Notes: a model not told the origin generated them from the letters alone. A stretch of DNA of 64,000 bases from Clostridium thermobutyricum (GCA_016842005.1 JAENYD010000008.1:17579-81578); one strand, 5' to 3'. Positions 10,250 to 23,275 are shown, numbered from the stretch's first letter. Numbers and translations: made by a program.

Positions 10250-10885
10250 GTGGAAGAAAAAAAGAGACGGGAAACAGAAGAAAATCCTGAGGAAACAACT
10301 AATTGCCAGGACAGTCCTGTTGACGATATTCCGGAAGAGCCTGATACGGCAGAGGATACGGAGGGGAAGGCAGAGATAAGGTCAAAAGAAAATACAGCAG
10401 AGAAACAAGACCCTGTTGATGACCTGAAAAGGGAACTGGAGGAATACAAGGAGAAAAGCAGGGATTATTACAATCAGTACTTGCGGGCTGTGGCAGACCT
10501 GGATAACTACAGGAAAAGAGTAATAAAGGAGAGAGAGGAAACCTATAAGGATGTTGCCTGCGAGATTCTGGGGCAGTTCCTGGGAGTGCTTGATAACCTG
10601 CAGAGGGCGTCCCAGTCGGTGAATACCGGTACCGGGTGCAAAGGCTGCAGTTCCATAGAAGAAGGCATAAATATGGTTGTAAAACAGTTTGAAGATATTC
10701 TTGCAAAGTTCGGAGTAGAAGAGATCCCCGCAGAGGGAAAAAAATTTGATCCGAACTATCATTATGCTGTAATGCAGGCGGAAGCCACCGGGGAAGAAGA
10801 GGGGCAGATAGTGGAAGTGCTGCAGAAAGGATACATGTTAAATTCCAGAATTTTACGGCCCAGTATGGTTAAAGTGGCAAAATAA
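10250..10885 (+). CDS. grpE: nucleotide exchange factor GrpE
   Basis: 211 aa with an acidic N-terminus, a coiled coil and the GrpE C-terminal domain. GTG start follows an AAGGGTG RBS. Confidence 0.9.
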   Translation: MEEKKRRETEENPEETTNCQDSPVDDIPEEPDTAEDTEGKAEIRSKENTAEKQDPVDDLKRELEEYKEKSRDYYNQYLRAVADLDNYRKRVIKEREETYKDVACEILGQFLGVLDNLQRASQSVNTGTGCKGCSSIEEGINMVVKQFEDILAKFGVEEIPAEGKKFDPNYHYAVMQAEATGEEEGQIVEVLQKGYMLNSRILRPSMVKVAK

Positions 10886-10900
10886 GTCTAAGGAGGATGA

Positions 10901-12751
<1,851 letters not shown>

Positions 12752-12763
12752 GACTGCTGAGCA

Positions 12764-12793
12764 CCGGCCCTTGAAAATTGCGGGCCGGTTTTG
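12764..12793 (+). terminator. intra-operon terminator/attenuator between dnaK and dnaJ
   Basis: CCGGCCC-11 nt loop-GGGCCGG hairpin followed by TTTTG. Confidence 0.6.
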
Positions 12794-12879
12794 CTGCAAT
12801 ATATGTTATACTGTTTATTGTAAATGTTGATTGAATATTCAAGGCACACAGTATCAGTTATGAGGTGAGGGTTCCAATG

Positions 12880-14022
12880 AGTAAAAGAGACTATTATGAA
12901 GTGCTGGGTGTTGACAGAAACGCATCCCAGGAGGAGATTAAAAAGGCCTTCAGGAAACTTGCGAAACAGTATCACCCTGACGTAAATGGAGCGGACAAGG
13001 AAGCAGAGGCGAAATTTAAAGAAATAAACGAAGCCTATGAGGTATTGAGCGACGAGAACAAAAAAAAGCAGTATGATATGTTCGGCCATGCTGCGGGAGG
13101 ACAACAGGGCGGATACGGTGGATTTGGAGATTTTGGGGGTTTCGGTGGATTTGGAGATTTCGGTGGATTTGGAGATATATTTGATACCTTTTTCGGCGGC
13201 GGTTTTGGTGGTTCCAGGAGAAGGCGGGGGCCTGTCAAGGGAAATGATATAAGGGTGGACATTGACCTGGAATTCGCTGAAGCAGCCTTTGGAGTTACCA
13301 AGGAAGTAAGGGTAAACCGCAGGGAAAAATGTGATGAGTGCGGAGGCAGTGGTGCAAGGCCCGGAACGACAGCCAAAACATGCCCGAAATGCGGAGGAAC
13401 AGGACAGATAAAATACAGGCAGGATACAGCCCTGGGCCGGTTCGAAACTATCAGGACCTGTGACGAATGCAGGGGGGAAGGCAGGGTAGTGGACAACCCC
13501 TGTCCCCGATGCCATGGAACCGGTACAGTCAGCAAAACCCGCAGGATTACCATAGAGGTACCTGCAGGGGTGGATACAGGTTCGGCCATATCCCTCAAGG
13601 GGGAAGGGGAGCCCGGAGAAAGGGGTGGACCTGCCGGGGACCTTTATGTGTATATAAGGGTTAAGCCCCACAAGATATTCAGGAGGGAAGGAAACGATGT
13701 ATACTGCGAGATTCCCATCAGCTTCATACAGGCAGCCCTGGGTGATGAAATAATCGTTCCAACCCTTGACGGGAAAGTCAAGCACAAAATTCCCGAAGGT
13801 ACACAGAGCGGGACCATATTCCGTCTAAAGGGAAAAGGTATTCCCAGATTGAATGGAAGAAACAGGGGAGACCACTATGTAAAGGTATTTGTTGAGGTCC
13901 CCCGAAAGCTGAACAGCGAACAGAAGGAACTGTTAAGGAAATTTGCTGAGGCAAGCGGTGACAATGTAAACCAGGGATACAGGAGTTTTCTGGATAAAGT
14001 TAAGGATGCCTTTGGCGTATGA
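12880..14022 (+). CDS. dnaJ: molecular chaperone DnaJ (type I)
   Basis: J-domain with HPD, a G/F-rich region, and four CxxCxGxG zinc-finger repeats. ATG 12880 follows a GAGGTGAGGG RBS, and the track ORF begins with a GTG at 12865. Confidence 0.92.
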   Translation, partial: SKRDYYEVLGVDRNASQEEIKKAFRKLAKQYHPDVNGADKEAEAKFKEINEAYEVLSDENKKKQYDMFGHAAGGQQGGYGGFGDFGGFGGFGDFGGFGDIFDTFFGGGFGGSRRRRGPVKGNDIRVDIDLEFAEAAFGVTKEVRVNRREKCDECGGSGARPGTTAKTCPKCGGTGQIKYRQDTALGRFETIRTCDECRGEGRVVDNPCPRCHGTGTVSKTRRITIEVPAGVDTGSAISLKGEGEPGERGGPAGDLYVYIRVKPHKIFRREGNDVYCEIPISFIQAALGDEIIVPTLDGKVKHKIPEGTQSGTIFRLKGKGIPRLNGRNRGDHYVKVFVEVPRKLNSEQKELLRKFAEASGDNVNQGYRSFLDKVKDAFGV

Positions 14023-14038
14023 GGTAGGGGGGTGTGGT

Positions 14039-14983
14039 ATGAACTGGATCAAACTGGAGATTGAGACAACCCATGAAAGGGTGGACCTGGTAGCCAGCAT
14101 TTTGTATGATGCCGGGGTAAACGGGGTGGTAATAGAAGACCCTGCGGATATCATTCAGTTAATGGAAAAGTACAATAATGATGAAATGATTGATCCGGAC
14201 CTGCTTAATAACTGTCCGGAGAAGGTAACTGTTAAAGGATATCTCCCGGCTGACGAAGGTCTGCATGACAGGGTGGAAATGGTTAAAGACAGACTGAAGG
14301 AGCTGGCTTCAGTCTGTGAGTGCTGCGGCAGTTTGGAACTGGCTGTTGACGAGGTCAGGGAAGAAGACTGGGCGGAGAGCTGGAAAAAATATTATAAGCC
14401 CATCAGAATAGGAAACAATATAGTAATAAAACCTTCATGGGAATCATACCGCACCGGAGAAAGGGATGTTGTCGTCGAAATTGACCCCGGCATGGCCTTT
14501 GGGACAGGGACCCATGAAACTACTGCATTATGCATACAGCTACTGGAACAGTATATCACCTCTGGCGCAAGGGTCCTTGACATAGGGTGTGGCAGCGGTA
14601 TTTTGGCCATCGTAGCTGCCAGGCTGGGTGCCGCACGCGTGGAGGCATACGATATTCAAAAAGTTGCTGTCAAGGTGGCCAGGGAGAATGTGAAACTGAA
14701 CGGACTTGAGCAGATTGTATCTGTACAGCAAGGCGATTTGCTCAGCAGGGTTGAAGGCAGGGCTGACCTGATTTGTGCCAACATAATTGCCGATGTGATA
14801 ATCAGGATGGCACCGGAGGTGAGCAGACACCTCAAGCCGGAAGGCATTTTTATTGCTTCGGGTATTATCAGGGACAGGAAGCAAGAAGTAATGGACGCCC
14901 TGGACAAAGAAGGCCTTGATATCATACAAGAGTTTGTAAAGAATGAATGGGTTGCCCTGGTGGCGAAGGCGGAAGGAAAGTAA
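14039..14983 (+). CDS. prmA: ribosomal protein L11 methyltransferase
   Basis: PrmA family with a SAM-binding DIGCGSGILAI motif. Follows dnaJ as in Bacillus. Confidence 0.9.
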   Translation: MNWIKLEIETTHERVDLVASILYDAGVNGVVIEDPADIIQLMEKYNNDEMIDPDLLNNCPEKVTVKGYLPADEGLHDRVEMVKDRLKELASVCECCGSLELAVDEVREEDWAESWKKYYKPIRIGNNIVIKPSWESYRTGERDVVVEIDPGMAFGTGTHETTALCIQLLEQYITSGARVLDIGCGSGILAIVAARLGAARVEAYDIQKVAVKVARENVKLNGLEQIVSVQQGDLLSRVEGRADLICANIIADVIIRMAPEVSRHLKPEGIFIASGIIRDRKQEVMDALDKEGLDIIQEFVKNEWVALVAKAEGK

Positions 14984-14985
14984 TC

Positions 14986-15735
14986 ATGCACAGATTCTAT
15001 GTCCCGAAGGAGAACATAGCAGCAAACAGGGTGGATATAAAGGGCGACGATGCCAGGCATATAACCAGGGTGTTGAGGCTCAGGACAGGGGACAGCCTGG
15101 TAATATGCGACGGGCAGAATACCGATTATGACGGTGAAATTTTGAAGATTGACAGGGATAGAATAACAGTGGGACTTGACAGTCCAAGGATATCAGGTAC
15201 CGAGCCGCCGGTGGATATAGTTGTTTTTCAGTCCATACCCAAAGGACAGAAGATGGACCTTCTCATCCAGAAGGGTACCGAGCTGGGGATAAGGCGTTTT
15301 GTGCCGGTAGTGACATCCAGGACGGTGGTGAAACTGGACGGGGACAAGGGTGAACGGAAGAAGATAAGCCGATGGCAGCGCATTGCGGAAGAGGGGGCCA
15401 AACAGAGCGGGAGGGGAATAATACCGGAGGTTTTGCCTCCCGTTGACTTCGGTGAAGCGGTGAGCATGGCCGGGGAGTATGACCTTAAAGTGATGCCGTA
15501 TGTAGGGGAAAGGTCGGGTACAATTGCCGCTATCACTGCAAAAAAGGGTGACATAAGGGATATAGCTGTCTTTATCGGGCCTGAAGGAGGATTTGACGAA
15601 AGGGAAGCGGAGCAGGCCCGGGCCCGGGGTATATATACCGTAAAGCTGGGTCCCAGGATTATGAGAACCGAGACTGCCGGTCTTGTCCTTGCGTCAATAC
15701 TGATGTACCGCTTCGGGGATATAGGAGGAATCTGA
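14986..15735 (+). CDS. rsmE: 16S rRNA (uracil1498-N3)-methyltransferase
   Basis: MHRFYV... N-terminus, PUA-like N-domain and SPOUT C-domain. ATG 14986 follows a GAAGGAAAG RBS. Confidence 0.85.
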   Translation: MHRFYVPKENIAANRVDIKGDDARHITRVLRLRTGDSLVICDGQNTDYDGEILKIDRDRITVGLDSPRISGTEPPVDIVVFQSIPKGQKMDLLIQKGTELGIRRFVPVVTSRTVVKLDGDKGERKKISRWQRIAEEGAKQSGRGIIPEVLPPVDFGEAVSMAGEYDLKVMPYVGERSGTIAAITAKKGDIRDIAVFIGPEGGFDEREAEQARARGIYTVKLGPRIMRTETAGLVLASILMYRFGDIGGI

Positions 15736-17042
15736 TGAAAACTGCGGCTTTTTATACCCTAGGCTGTAAAGTCAATCAATATGAAACCGATGCCATGGAA
15801 GAACTGTTCCTGAAGGCGGGTTATAAAAAAGTGGATTTTAATCAGCCGGCGGACATATATGTTATAAATACCTGTACCGTTACCCATCACAGTGACAGTA
15901 AGTCCAGGCAGATGATACGCCGGGCCAAAAAACAAAATCCCGCTGCCCTGGTTGTGGTGGTGGGATGCTATGCTCAGGTGGCCTATGATGAACTCAGAAT
16001 GATGCCCGAAGCCGACCTTATTATAGGTACGGTCGACAAATCCAGGATTATTGAACTGGTTGAAAAAGCCCTGAAGGCTTCTGATCCTGTCAGCGCGGTC
16101 AGAGAATTCCGGGTGGAGGAGTTTTTTGATGACCTCAGGCTGGAAAAACGCCACAGCGGCAGGACAAGGGCTTTTATAAAGATACAGGAAGGTTGCAGGC
16201 AGTTCTGTACCTATTGCATTATCCCGTACGCCAGAGGTCCTGTCAGGAGCCGTAAGCCGGACAGGGTTGTGGAGGAAGTTGAGGGGCTGGTAAGCCAGGG
16301 ATATAAGGAAATAGTGCTGACCGGCATTCATATAGCATCCTACGGTATGGACACAGGGGATACCGACCTCCTGGGAATAATCAAGAAAGTACACCGGATT
16401 GAAGGGCTGGAGAGAATACGGCTTAGCTCCCTGGAGCCAACTTTTTTGAGCAAGGAGTTTGTTGAGGAGATTTCGGTGCTGGACAAATTATGCAGGCATT
16501 TTCATCTTTCCCTTCAGAGCGGCTGTGATGAAACGCTGAGGCGTATGAACAGGAAGTATACATCCGGTGAGTACAGAAGAATAGTTGACAGGATAAGGGA
16601 CAGAATACCCGGAGTTGCCGTGACAACCGATGTCATGGTAGGATTTCCCGGGGAAACCGATGAAGAGTATTCGAAGACCTATGAATTCCTGGAACAAATT
16701 TGCCTGAGCGACATGCATATTTTCAAATATTCACCCAGGGCGGGGACTCCCGCCGCCGGTTTTAAAGACCAGGTGGATGGCCGGGTCAAGGACAGCCGGA
16801 GTAAAGAACTGATAAAACTGGCCGATAGATGCAGGAAGAAATTTTACGGCAGGTTTATCGGACAGACCATGGATGTGCTGTTTGAACAGTGGAGTAAAAC
16901 TGTAAAAGGGCATTATGAAGGCCTGACGGATAACTATATCAGGGTGGTTGTTCCTGCCGATGAAGACCTGAACAACCGGATACTGCAGGTAAACCTGGCA
17001 GAGAGCCGTAAGGATTATGTAATAGGCCGGCTGGTGTGTTAA
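15735..17042 (+). CDS. mtaB: tRNA (N6-threonylcarbamoyladenosine37) methylthiotransferase MtaB
   Basis: 435 aa of the MiaB-like radical SAM family (YTLGCKVNQYE and a CxxxCxxC cluster) with a TRAM domain. Confidence 0.85.
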   Translation: MKTAAFYTLGCKVNQYETDAMEELFLKAGYKKVDFNQPADIYVINTCTVTHHSDSKSRQMIRRAKKQNPAALVVVVGCYAQVAYDELRMMPEADLIIGTVDKSRIIELVEKALKASDPVSAVREFRVEEFFDDLRLEKRHSGRTRAFIKIQEGCRQFCTYCIIPYARGPVRSRKPDRVVEEVEGLVSQGYKEIVLTGIHIASYGMDTGDTDLLGIIKKVHRIEGLERIRLSSLEPTFLSKEFVEEISVLDKLCRHFHLSLQSGCDETLRRMNRKYTSGEYRRIVDRIRDRIPGVAVTTDVMVGFPGETDEEYSKTYEFLEQICLSDMHIFKYSPRAGTPAAGFKDQVDGRVKDSRSKELIKLADRCRKKFYGRFIGQTMDVLFEQWSKTVKGHYEGLTDNYIRVVVPADEDLNNRILQVNLAESRKDYVIGRLVC

Positions 17043-17134
17043 AATATTTTTCTAATGAAGGAATTAAGGAATGGTTGTTGAATAAACTAGTATAGTAAAA
17101 AGGTTGTACAAACAGGCAGAGGAGGTGATATGAA

Positions 17135-17479
17135 ATGACAGACTGTATTTTTTGTAAGATAGTCAATGGTGAGATACCCGGGGACAGGGTTTATGAGGAT
17201 GACAGGGTTATAGCAATAAATGACATAAACCCGCAGGCTCCTGTACATATACTGATCTTACCAAAGAGTCACATAAAATCGGTTATGGAGATAGATAGCG
17301 ATAATGAAGATATCCTCTCCCATATTTTTAAAGTGGCTTGCCGGCTGGCTGCGGAAAAGGGCATTGACCGGAAAGGTTTCAGGATAGTCAACAACTGCGG
17401 TGAAGAAGGCGGCCAGACAGTGGACCATCTGCATTTTCATCTGCTGGGCGGCAGGTTTATGGAATGGCCTCCCGGTTGA
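17135..17479 (+). CDS. HIT family (histidine triad) protein
   Basis: 114 aa with CIFCKI and the HIT motif HLHFHLL. Confidence 0.85.
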   Translation: MTDCIFCKIVNGEIPGDRVYEDDRVIAINDINPQAPVHILILPKSHIKSVMEIDSDNEDILSHIFKVACRLAAEKGIDRKGFRIVNNCGEEGGQTVDHLHFHLLGGRFMEWPPG

Positions 17480-17578
17480 CAGGCAAAGATGTTGACTATT
17501 TTTTAAAGGGTAGTGTATAATGAAAGAGTTATATTCATAACTGGTCTCAATTGTTGGCAGCGGAGGGAGGGAAATTGG

Positions 17579-17761
17579 ATGTCAGAAGTTAAAGTAAGAG
17601 ACAACGAATCACTGGACAACGCTCTCAGACGGTTCAAGCGTCAGTGTGCCAAAGCGGGTGTGCTCAGGGAAGTAAGAAAAAGGGAGCACTATGAAAAGCC
17701 CAGTGTTAGGCGGAAGAAGAAATCTGAAGCTGCAAGAAGGAGAAAGAATAAAAGATATTAA
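17579..17761 (+). CDS. rpsU: 30S ribosomal protein S21
   Basis: [21 protein letters not shown]... is the canonical S21 sequence. ATG 17579 follows a GGAGGGAGGG RBS. Confidence 0.9.
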   Translation: MSEVKVRDNESLDNALRRFKRQCAKAGVLREVRKREHYEKPSVRRKKKSEAARRRKNKRY

Positions 17762-17779
17762 GGGATTGGGGGTGGAACA

Positions 17780-18226
17780 ATGTCCCTCAAAGACAGGCTT
17801 TTGGAAGATATGAGGTCTGCCATGAAAGCGCAGGATGCTTTCAGGAAAAACATACTGAGCATGGCCAGGGCAGCAGTGCTGCAAATAGAAAAAGACAAAA
17901 GGGAAGACCTGGATGACCAGGGAGTGATCCAGGTACTGGCAAAAGAGGTTAAGCTCAGGAGAGACGCCATTGAAGATTTCAGGAAGGGCGGTCGGCAGGA
18001 CCTTATAGAAAAAAATGAGAAAGAGATTGAGATATTGGAAGAATACCTCCCTCAACAGCTTGACGAGAAAGAGATAGAAGAGATAGTCAGCCAGACCATA
18101 GATGAAGTCGGTGCTAACAGCATGAAAGACATGGGGAAGGTTATGGGGGCAGTTATGCCGAAGGTTAGAGGAATGGCCGACGGTACGGTTGTCAATAAGA
18201 TAGTAAGAGAATATCTCAGCAGATGA
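17780..18226 (+). CDS. yqeY: GatB/YqeY domain protein
   Basis: 148 aa YqeY family. Follows rpsU as in Bacillus. Confidence 0.85.
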   Translation: MSLKDRLLEDMRSAMKAQDAFRKNILSMARAAVLQIEKDKREDLDDQGVIQVLAKEVKLRRDAIEDFRKGGRQDLIEKNEKEIEILEEYLPQQLDEKEIEEIVSQTIDEVGANSMKDMGKVMGAVMPKVRGMADGTVVNKIVREYLSR

Positions 18227-18232
18227 GTAATA

Positions 18233-18259
18233 AGGCCCGGTTAAACAACCGGGCTTTTC
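18233..18259 (+). terminator. rho-independent terminator after yqeY
   Basis: AGGCCCGGTT-AAAC-AACCGGGCTT hairpin followed by TTCTG. Confidence 0.7.
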
Positions 18260-18356
18260 TGATGAGAATTTTGTAGCATTTGATATTTTCTTTACAAATA
18301 TATAGTTAAATTGTAATGAATTGTACCATAATAATTTACATGGGGGGATAGAAGAG

Positions 18357-18851
18357 ATGGAAAGGAAAACAATGCTTTTAATTCTGGCTGCGGTTACTGC
18401 TATATCAGTTCTTACGGCGTGTTCGGTGTCGGGACCGGAAGACCAGGCCCAAAAATACGTAGATGAAGAGGGGTGGTCCTTCAGCTACCCAGGTAACTGG
18501 GATAAGGTGCAGGACGGCTTTGTGCAGGAAAGTACAACAGGGAAGACGGTTGTATTTAACTCACAGCCTGTGACCCAGGCGGAACTTGAGGCATGGATAC
18601 AGTCGGAGATTGAGCGAAAGGTCAATGCCCGGGAAGCGGATAATGAACTGGAAGTGCCCCTGGAGGTATCCCGGGACGATAAACTGTCAGTTTATACATA
18701 TACCATCAGGTCCAGAGGGGATGGTTCGGAAGCGCTGCTGAGAAATACAATCTTCTTTGACGGGAACAAAATGTATGAATTCAGGACTTCCATTCCTCCT
18801 GTAACCGAGGATGAATTCAATACGATTGTGAATTCTTTCAGAACGGAGTAG
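18357..18851 (+). CDS. hypothetical lipoprotein
   Basis: Signal peptide with an LTAC lipobox (MERKTMLLILAAVTAISVLTAC). No recognisable catalytic motif. Absent from the Bacillus yqeY-yqeZ junction. Confidence 0.55.
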   Translation: MERKTMLLILAAVTAISVLTACSVSGPEDQAQKYVDEEGWSFSYPGNWDKVQDGFVQESTTGKTVVFNSQPVTQAELEAWIQSEIERKVNAREADNELEVPLEVSRDDKLSVYTYTIRSRGDGSEALLRNTIFFDGNKMYEFRTSIPPVTEDEFNTIVNSFRTE

Positions 18852-18916
18852 TATGACAGGTCATGCTGGTGAAATAAGAACCAGTGAATTTACATCGGTC
18901 TCATGTGCCCAATGAT

Positions 18917-18945
18917 GAAAAGAGCAGTAACGCTGCTCTTTTTTG
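18917..18945 (+). terminator. rho-independent terminator after the lipoprotein gene
   Basis: AAGAGCAG-TAACG-CTGCTCTT hairpin followed by TTTTTT. Confidence 0.75.
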
Positions 18946-19051
18946 CTGCATGGGGTGACGCACGGCTGCCAGGATTATTTCTCCAGGTAAAAAAATATCA
19001 TAAAATATGATATAATTATGTAAACCGGTATATCGTAAAGGGGGTGCGGGC

Positions 19052-20872
19052 ATGCTAAGAGGTTTTGCAGGAATACTCACAGTTGTATTATTGTTTCTGA
19101 TGGTCCTGATTATTCCCAGGGGTTATTCCCAGCTGAACGTGGATTTCAACTACCTGGTGGATAAACAGAACAACACCATTGAGATCAACCTTACTGCCCC
19201 CGTATATATAAATTCGATCCCCCTGGAAGTATACGATGGGGATGGCAGGCTGCTGATGAAGAAGACGGTGGACCGCTATCTGACCAAGAGAATGGACAGT
19301 ACCAGATTCAACAGGTTTATACTGAATATAAGCCTGCCTCAGAAAATGCCTGCCAGGGTAATACTTTTTCCCGGGTCGACCCTGGAAACCACTTATACGC
19401 TTGTATCACCCCAGGTGCAGGTGAACCTGACCGGTAAACAGGTTAAAATATATCTCACCAGGGACAGCAAATACAGTCTTGTCGCAAAAGCCGGTTCTGA
19501 AAGCCGGGAATATAATATCATTGCAGATGAAGAAGGGTGGTATTCGGTAAGTATTGATGACCTTCCCCGGGAGTTCTTGTCACCCGGTGCGTCCTTTTAT
19601 TCCACCATCCGGTTTCCGGGCGGGCTCAACACTACGGTTGCCAGGCACATACCTGTTATAAAGGTTGAGGCGGGAGACGATTATACAAGGATTAAGGGTT
19701 CGGGTATCAGCGGGGACATTCCCAGGATAACCGTACTTGACGACAGGGGAATATACAAAGGCTATATTAATGAAGTTGTTTCCTTTAAGGAAGGGGATTT
19801 TATCATACAGGACAGCGGGGAAGAAGACAGGATACAGGTCAGGGATGGTTATACCATAGCCTATAATGAAAAGGGGTACTATTTCAAGTTCAATATACCG
19901 TATTTCTTTGCAGTTTATCATCAGGATGACAATACTATTGAAGGAACGGTTTCCAGACAGGGAAAAGTGGTTTTCAGATATGGGAGGGACCTCCTTGAAG
20001 CAGTGCCTGATATGAACGGGAGGTTTAAAATTTACCTGGGTTCTGAAAGGGATGTTTCCCGGCTTATTAATATAAAAGGCGGCTATATATCCCCTGCAGG
20101 GAATGAATACTGGAAAAACTTCGACTGGGGTTATATTTTAAAGGCAACTCCCCTGATAAACACTGCAGAAATGGACCTGAGGGTCATGACATATAACATA
20201 CACCACGGGATATCCGCCGCAGGTCATATGGACCTTGATGCCATAGCATCAGTTATTGAGGAGAGCGGTGCTCAGATAATCGGGTTGCAGGAAGTGGACA
20301 AACGCTTTATCAGGACCCTGTTCAGGGATCAAGTCAAGGAACTGGCGCAGAAGCTGAACATGTATTACTGCTTCGGGGAGACTTTCAATATACTGGGAGC
20401 CGAATACGGTAATGCCGTATTGAGCAAGTTTCCCATTACCAGTGTAAATAACCTGCAACTGGACAGTACAGGGGAACCGAGGGGTATAATTTCTGCAGCG
20501 GTGGATGTAAACGGGAAAGTGATAAATTTTCTTGTTACCCATCTCTCATTGAGTAAAAACCTGCGTAACGTGCAGATACAGCAGATAAAAAGATACCTGG
20601 ACCTCCTGGAGGACGAAGTAATTCTGGTGGGAGATCTAAATGCCACTCCGGAACAGGGAGAAGTCATGTATATAGACAGGTATCTTAAGAATGCAGTCAG
20701 GGATACTGCCAGGGATAGAATAGGTACTTACGAAGATGCGGACGGCACACAGGTACAGATAGACTATATTTTTATTTCTCCTGAAATCAGGGTTAAGGAC
20801 GTATTTGTTGTAAATTCCCCGGCATCTGACCATTTACCCCTGATTGCAGACATAGGTGTAAAAGATATGTAA
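19052..20872 (+). CDS. secreted/membrane-anchored two-domain protein: unknown beta-rich N-domain plus C-terminal endonuclease/exonuclease/phosphatase (EEP) domain
   Basis: N-terminal signal/TM segment. The last ~240 aa carry the EEP fold signature (MTYNIHHG...GLQEVD...LVTHLS...GDLNA...SDHLPL). Confidence 0.7.
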   Translation: MLRGFAGILTVVLLFLMVLIIPRGYSQLNVDFNYLVDKQNNTIEINLTAPVYINSIPLEVYDGDGRLLMKKTVDRYLTKRMDSTRFNRFILNISLPQKMPARVILFPGSTLETTYTLVSPQVQVNLTGKQVKIYLTRDSKYSLVAKAGSESREYNIIADEEGWYSVSIDDLPREFLSPGASFYSTIRFPGGLNTTVARHIPVIKVEAGDDYTRIKGSGISGDIPRITVLDDRGIYKGYINEVVSFKEGDFIIQDSGEEDRIQVRDGYTIAYNEKGYYFKFNIPYFFAVYHQDDNTIEGTVSRQGKVVFRYGRDLLEAVPDMNGRFKIYLGSERDVSRLINIKGGYISPAGNEYWKNFDWGYILKATPLINTAEMDLRVMTYNIHHGISAAGHMDLDAIASVIEESGAQIIGLQEVDKRFIRTLFRDQVKELAQKLNMYYCFGETFNILGAEYGNAVLSKFPITSVNNLQLDSTGEPRGIISAAVDVNGKVINFLVTHLSLSKNLRNVQIQQIKRYLDLLEDEVILVGDLNATPEQGEVMYIDRYLKNAVRDTARDRIGTYEDADGTQVQIDYIFISPEIRVKDVFVVNSPASDHLPLIADIGVKDM

Positions 20873-20954
20873 ATTTGTCAATTCAGCAGTCTGTTTTTTA
20901 TTGTAAAAAAATCGCAAATACAATATAATGAAACTGCTGGGAAGGAGGGGATTT

Positions 20955-22259
20955 ATGAAATCCAGAAAACTGTTTATGTTTTCGATTATCTTATTAGTTG
21001 CTGTATTTTCAACTACTTTTTACGCTCAGGATGCTTTCGGGAATAATACTGATTCCGTATTTTATATTCCTGTAGAGGGAGAAGTCGGCCCCCCCATGCT
21101 CGCCTTTGTTTCCAGGGAAATAGAGAATGCCCGTCAGCAGGGGGCTTCGGCAATAGTTCTGGAGATATCGACTTTTGGCGGGAGAGTGGATTCGGCCCTG
21201 GAAATAAGTGATGTCATTCTTGATGCAAAAGTGCCGACGGTGGCTTATGTTAAGAAAAGAGCCCTTTCCGCCGGGGTTATTATTACTATTTCCTGTGAGA
21301 AGGTGGTAATGGCCCCCGGTAGTACCATCGGTTCGGCGGAAACGATACCCTATACCGAAAAGAATATATCTGCATGGGCCGGAGAGCTAAGGGCGGTGGC
21401 TGAAAGGCGGGGCAGGGACGGCGAGATAATAGCGGCCATGGCTGACAGGGACATTGAAATCCCGGGAGTAATAGAGAAAGGAAAACTCCTGAATCTGACC
21501 GCATCCAGGGCAGTGGAACTGGGGGTAGCGGATAAAATTGTGAGTTCCAGGGACGAGCTGCAGCAGTGGCTGGGCCTCCCTGATGCCCGGGCGGTGGAGA
21601 TAAGGGAAAGCTTCCAGATGAGCCTGGCCAAACTTGTTGCAAGCTCTACTGCCAGTGCCCTGCTCCTGACTGTGGGTTTTGTGGGCTTTGTGGCGGAATT
21701 ATTAATACCTGGTTTTGGCGTAGCCGGAACCCTGGGTTTACTCTCATTCGCTTTGTTTTTTGCAGGGAACCTCCTGGCAGGTCATGCAGGATGGGCTGCC
21801 ATAATACTGTTTATAGTGGGAATAATACTTTTACTGGTGGAAGTGTTTATTCCGGGATTTGGGATCCCCGGATTAGGAGGTATAACAGCCATTTTCACCA
21901 GTATAGTGATGGCGTCCCGGTCTATGGAGCAGGCCCTGGCTTCCCTGGCTATTTCCATGGTATTAAGCGTTGTGCTGATTTTTGTCCTGGTGAAATTTGC
22001 TCCCCGTAACAAGTATTTTGACAGGTTGATTCTCTCCACCCGTCAAAACAGGGAAGAGGGCTATATTAATATGGATGACGATATCACCCTTATAGGAAGA
22101 GAGGGGATTGCCGTTACGCCTCTCAGGCCTTCGGGTACTGCGAATATTGAAGGCAACAGGATGGATGTCATAACGCGGGGAGAGTATGTCAAGAAAGACG
22201 AAAGAATACGCATCATCAGGGTCGAAGGCAACAGGATAATTGTTGAAAAAATAGAATAA
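20955..22259 (+). CDS. nfeD: NfeD-like membrane-bound serine protease (YqeZ homologue)
   Basis: ClpP-like protease N-domain, multiple TM helices and a C-terminal OB/NfeD beta-domain. Lies upstream of the flotillin gene as in B. subtilis yqeZ-yqfA. ATG 20955 follows a GGAAGGAGGGG RBS. Confidence 0.8.
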   Translation: MKSRKLFMFSIILLVAVFSTTFYAQDAFGNNTDSVFYIPVEGEVGPPMLAFVSREIENARQQGASAIVLEISTFGGRVDSALEISDVILDAKVPTVAYVKKRALSAGVIITISCEKVVMAPGSTIGSAETIPYTEKNISAWAGELRAVAERRGRDGEIIAAMADRDIEIPGVIEKGKLLNLTASRAVELGVADKIVSSRDELQQWLGLPDARAVEIRESFQMSLAKLVASSTASALLLTVGFVGFVAELLIPGFGVAGTLGLLSFALFFAGNLLAGHAGWAAIILFIVGIILLLVEVFIPGFGIPGLGGITAIFTSIVMASRSMEQALASLAISMVLSVVLIFVLVKFAPRNKYFDRLILSTRQNREEGYINMDDDITLIGREGIAVTPLRPSGTANIEGNRMDVITRGEYVKKDERIRIIRVEGNRIIVEKIE

Positions 22260-22276
22260 GTGAAGGAGGAAATCAA

Positions 22277-23275
22277 ATGGGTACACTGATTAGTTTTATC
22301 ATACTGGCGGGTTTGGTATTATTCGGGCTTGTCATTCTGCTTACCTTTATTCCTATCGGTTTGTGGATCTCAGCCATGGCGGCAGGGGTGAGGATAGGGA
22401 TTTTCACTCTGATAGGAATGAGACTCAGGAGGGTAATCCCGTCCAGAATAGTAAATCCCATGATCAAAGCCACCAAAGCGGGGCTCGATGTGGGTGTGAA
22501 CAAACTGGAAGCCCACTATCTGGCAGGAGGTAACGTTGACAGGGTTGTTAACGCCCTTATAGCTTCACAGAGAGCCAATATTCCCCTTGAATTTGAAAGG
22601 GCTGCGGCTATAGACCTGGCAGGCAGGGATGTTCTTCAGGCTGTTCAGATGAGCGTTAACCCGAGGGTTATCGAAACGCCAAAAGTAGCTGCTGTGGCCA
22701 AAGACGGTATAGAGGTCATGGTAAAGGCAAGGGTAACGGTGAGGGCCAACATAGACAGACTGGTCGGAGGAGCAGGCGAAGAAACGATAATTGCAAGGGT
22801 TGGAGAAGGAATTGTTACAACCGTTGGTTCAGCATCCACCCACAAGGCAGTCCTTGAAAATCCTGATTTAATATCAACAACCGTCCTTGGAAAAGGACTG
22901 GACGCAGGAACCGCTTTTGAGATACTTTCCATAGATATTGCCGATGTTGATGTGGGAAGAAATATAGGTGCGCAGCTCCAGACAGATCAGGCGGAAGCCG
23001 ATAAGCGTATTGCCCAGGCTAAAGCGGAAGAACGCAGGGCCATGGCCGTTGCCAAGGAGCAGGAAATGATAGCAGCGGTCCAGGAAATGAAGGCAAAGGT
23101 TGTAGAGGCGGAGGCGGAAGTGCCCAGAGCCATGGCAGAAGCTTTCCGTTCAGGAAATCTCGGCGTTATGGATTATTACAACATGAAAAACATACTGGCA
23201 GATACCAGTATGAGGGAAGCTATTTCCAATATGGATAAGAAGGGGGAAGATAGGATAGAGGAAGATAAGAAGTAA
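22277..23275 (+). CDS. floA: flotillin-like protein FloA (SPFH domain, UPF0365/YqfA)
   Basis: 332 aa with an N-terminal TM segment plus SPFH domain. Typical YqfA sequence and an nfeD partner. Confidence 0.85.
   Translation: MGTLISFIILAGLVLFGLVILLTFIPIGLWISAMAAGVRIGIFTLIGMRLRRVIPSRIVNPMIKATKAGLDVGVNKLEAHYLAGGNVDRVVNALIASQRANIPLEFERAAAIDLAGRDVLQAVQMSVNPRVIETPKVAAVAKDGIEVMVKARVTVRANIDRLVGGAGEETIIARVGEGIVTTVGSASTHKAVLENPDLISTTVLGKGLDAGTAFEILSIDIADVDVGRNIGAQLQTDQAEADKRIAQAKAEERRAMAVAKEQEMIAAVQEMKAKVVEAEAEVPRAMAEAFRSGNLGVMDYYNMKNILADTSMREAISNMDKKGEDRIEEDKK

Noticed and set aside
13120-13190. Tandem GGATTTGGAGATTTCGGTGGA-like DNA repeats in dnaJ
   Set aside because: They encode the normal G/F-rich linker of DnaJ ([11 protein letters not shown]...). 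This is an expected low-complexity region, not a mobile or VNTR element of interest.
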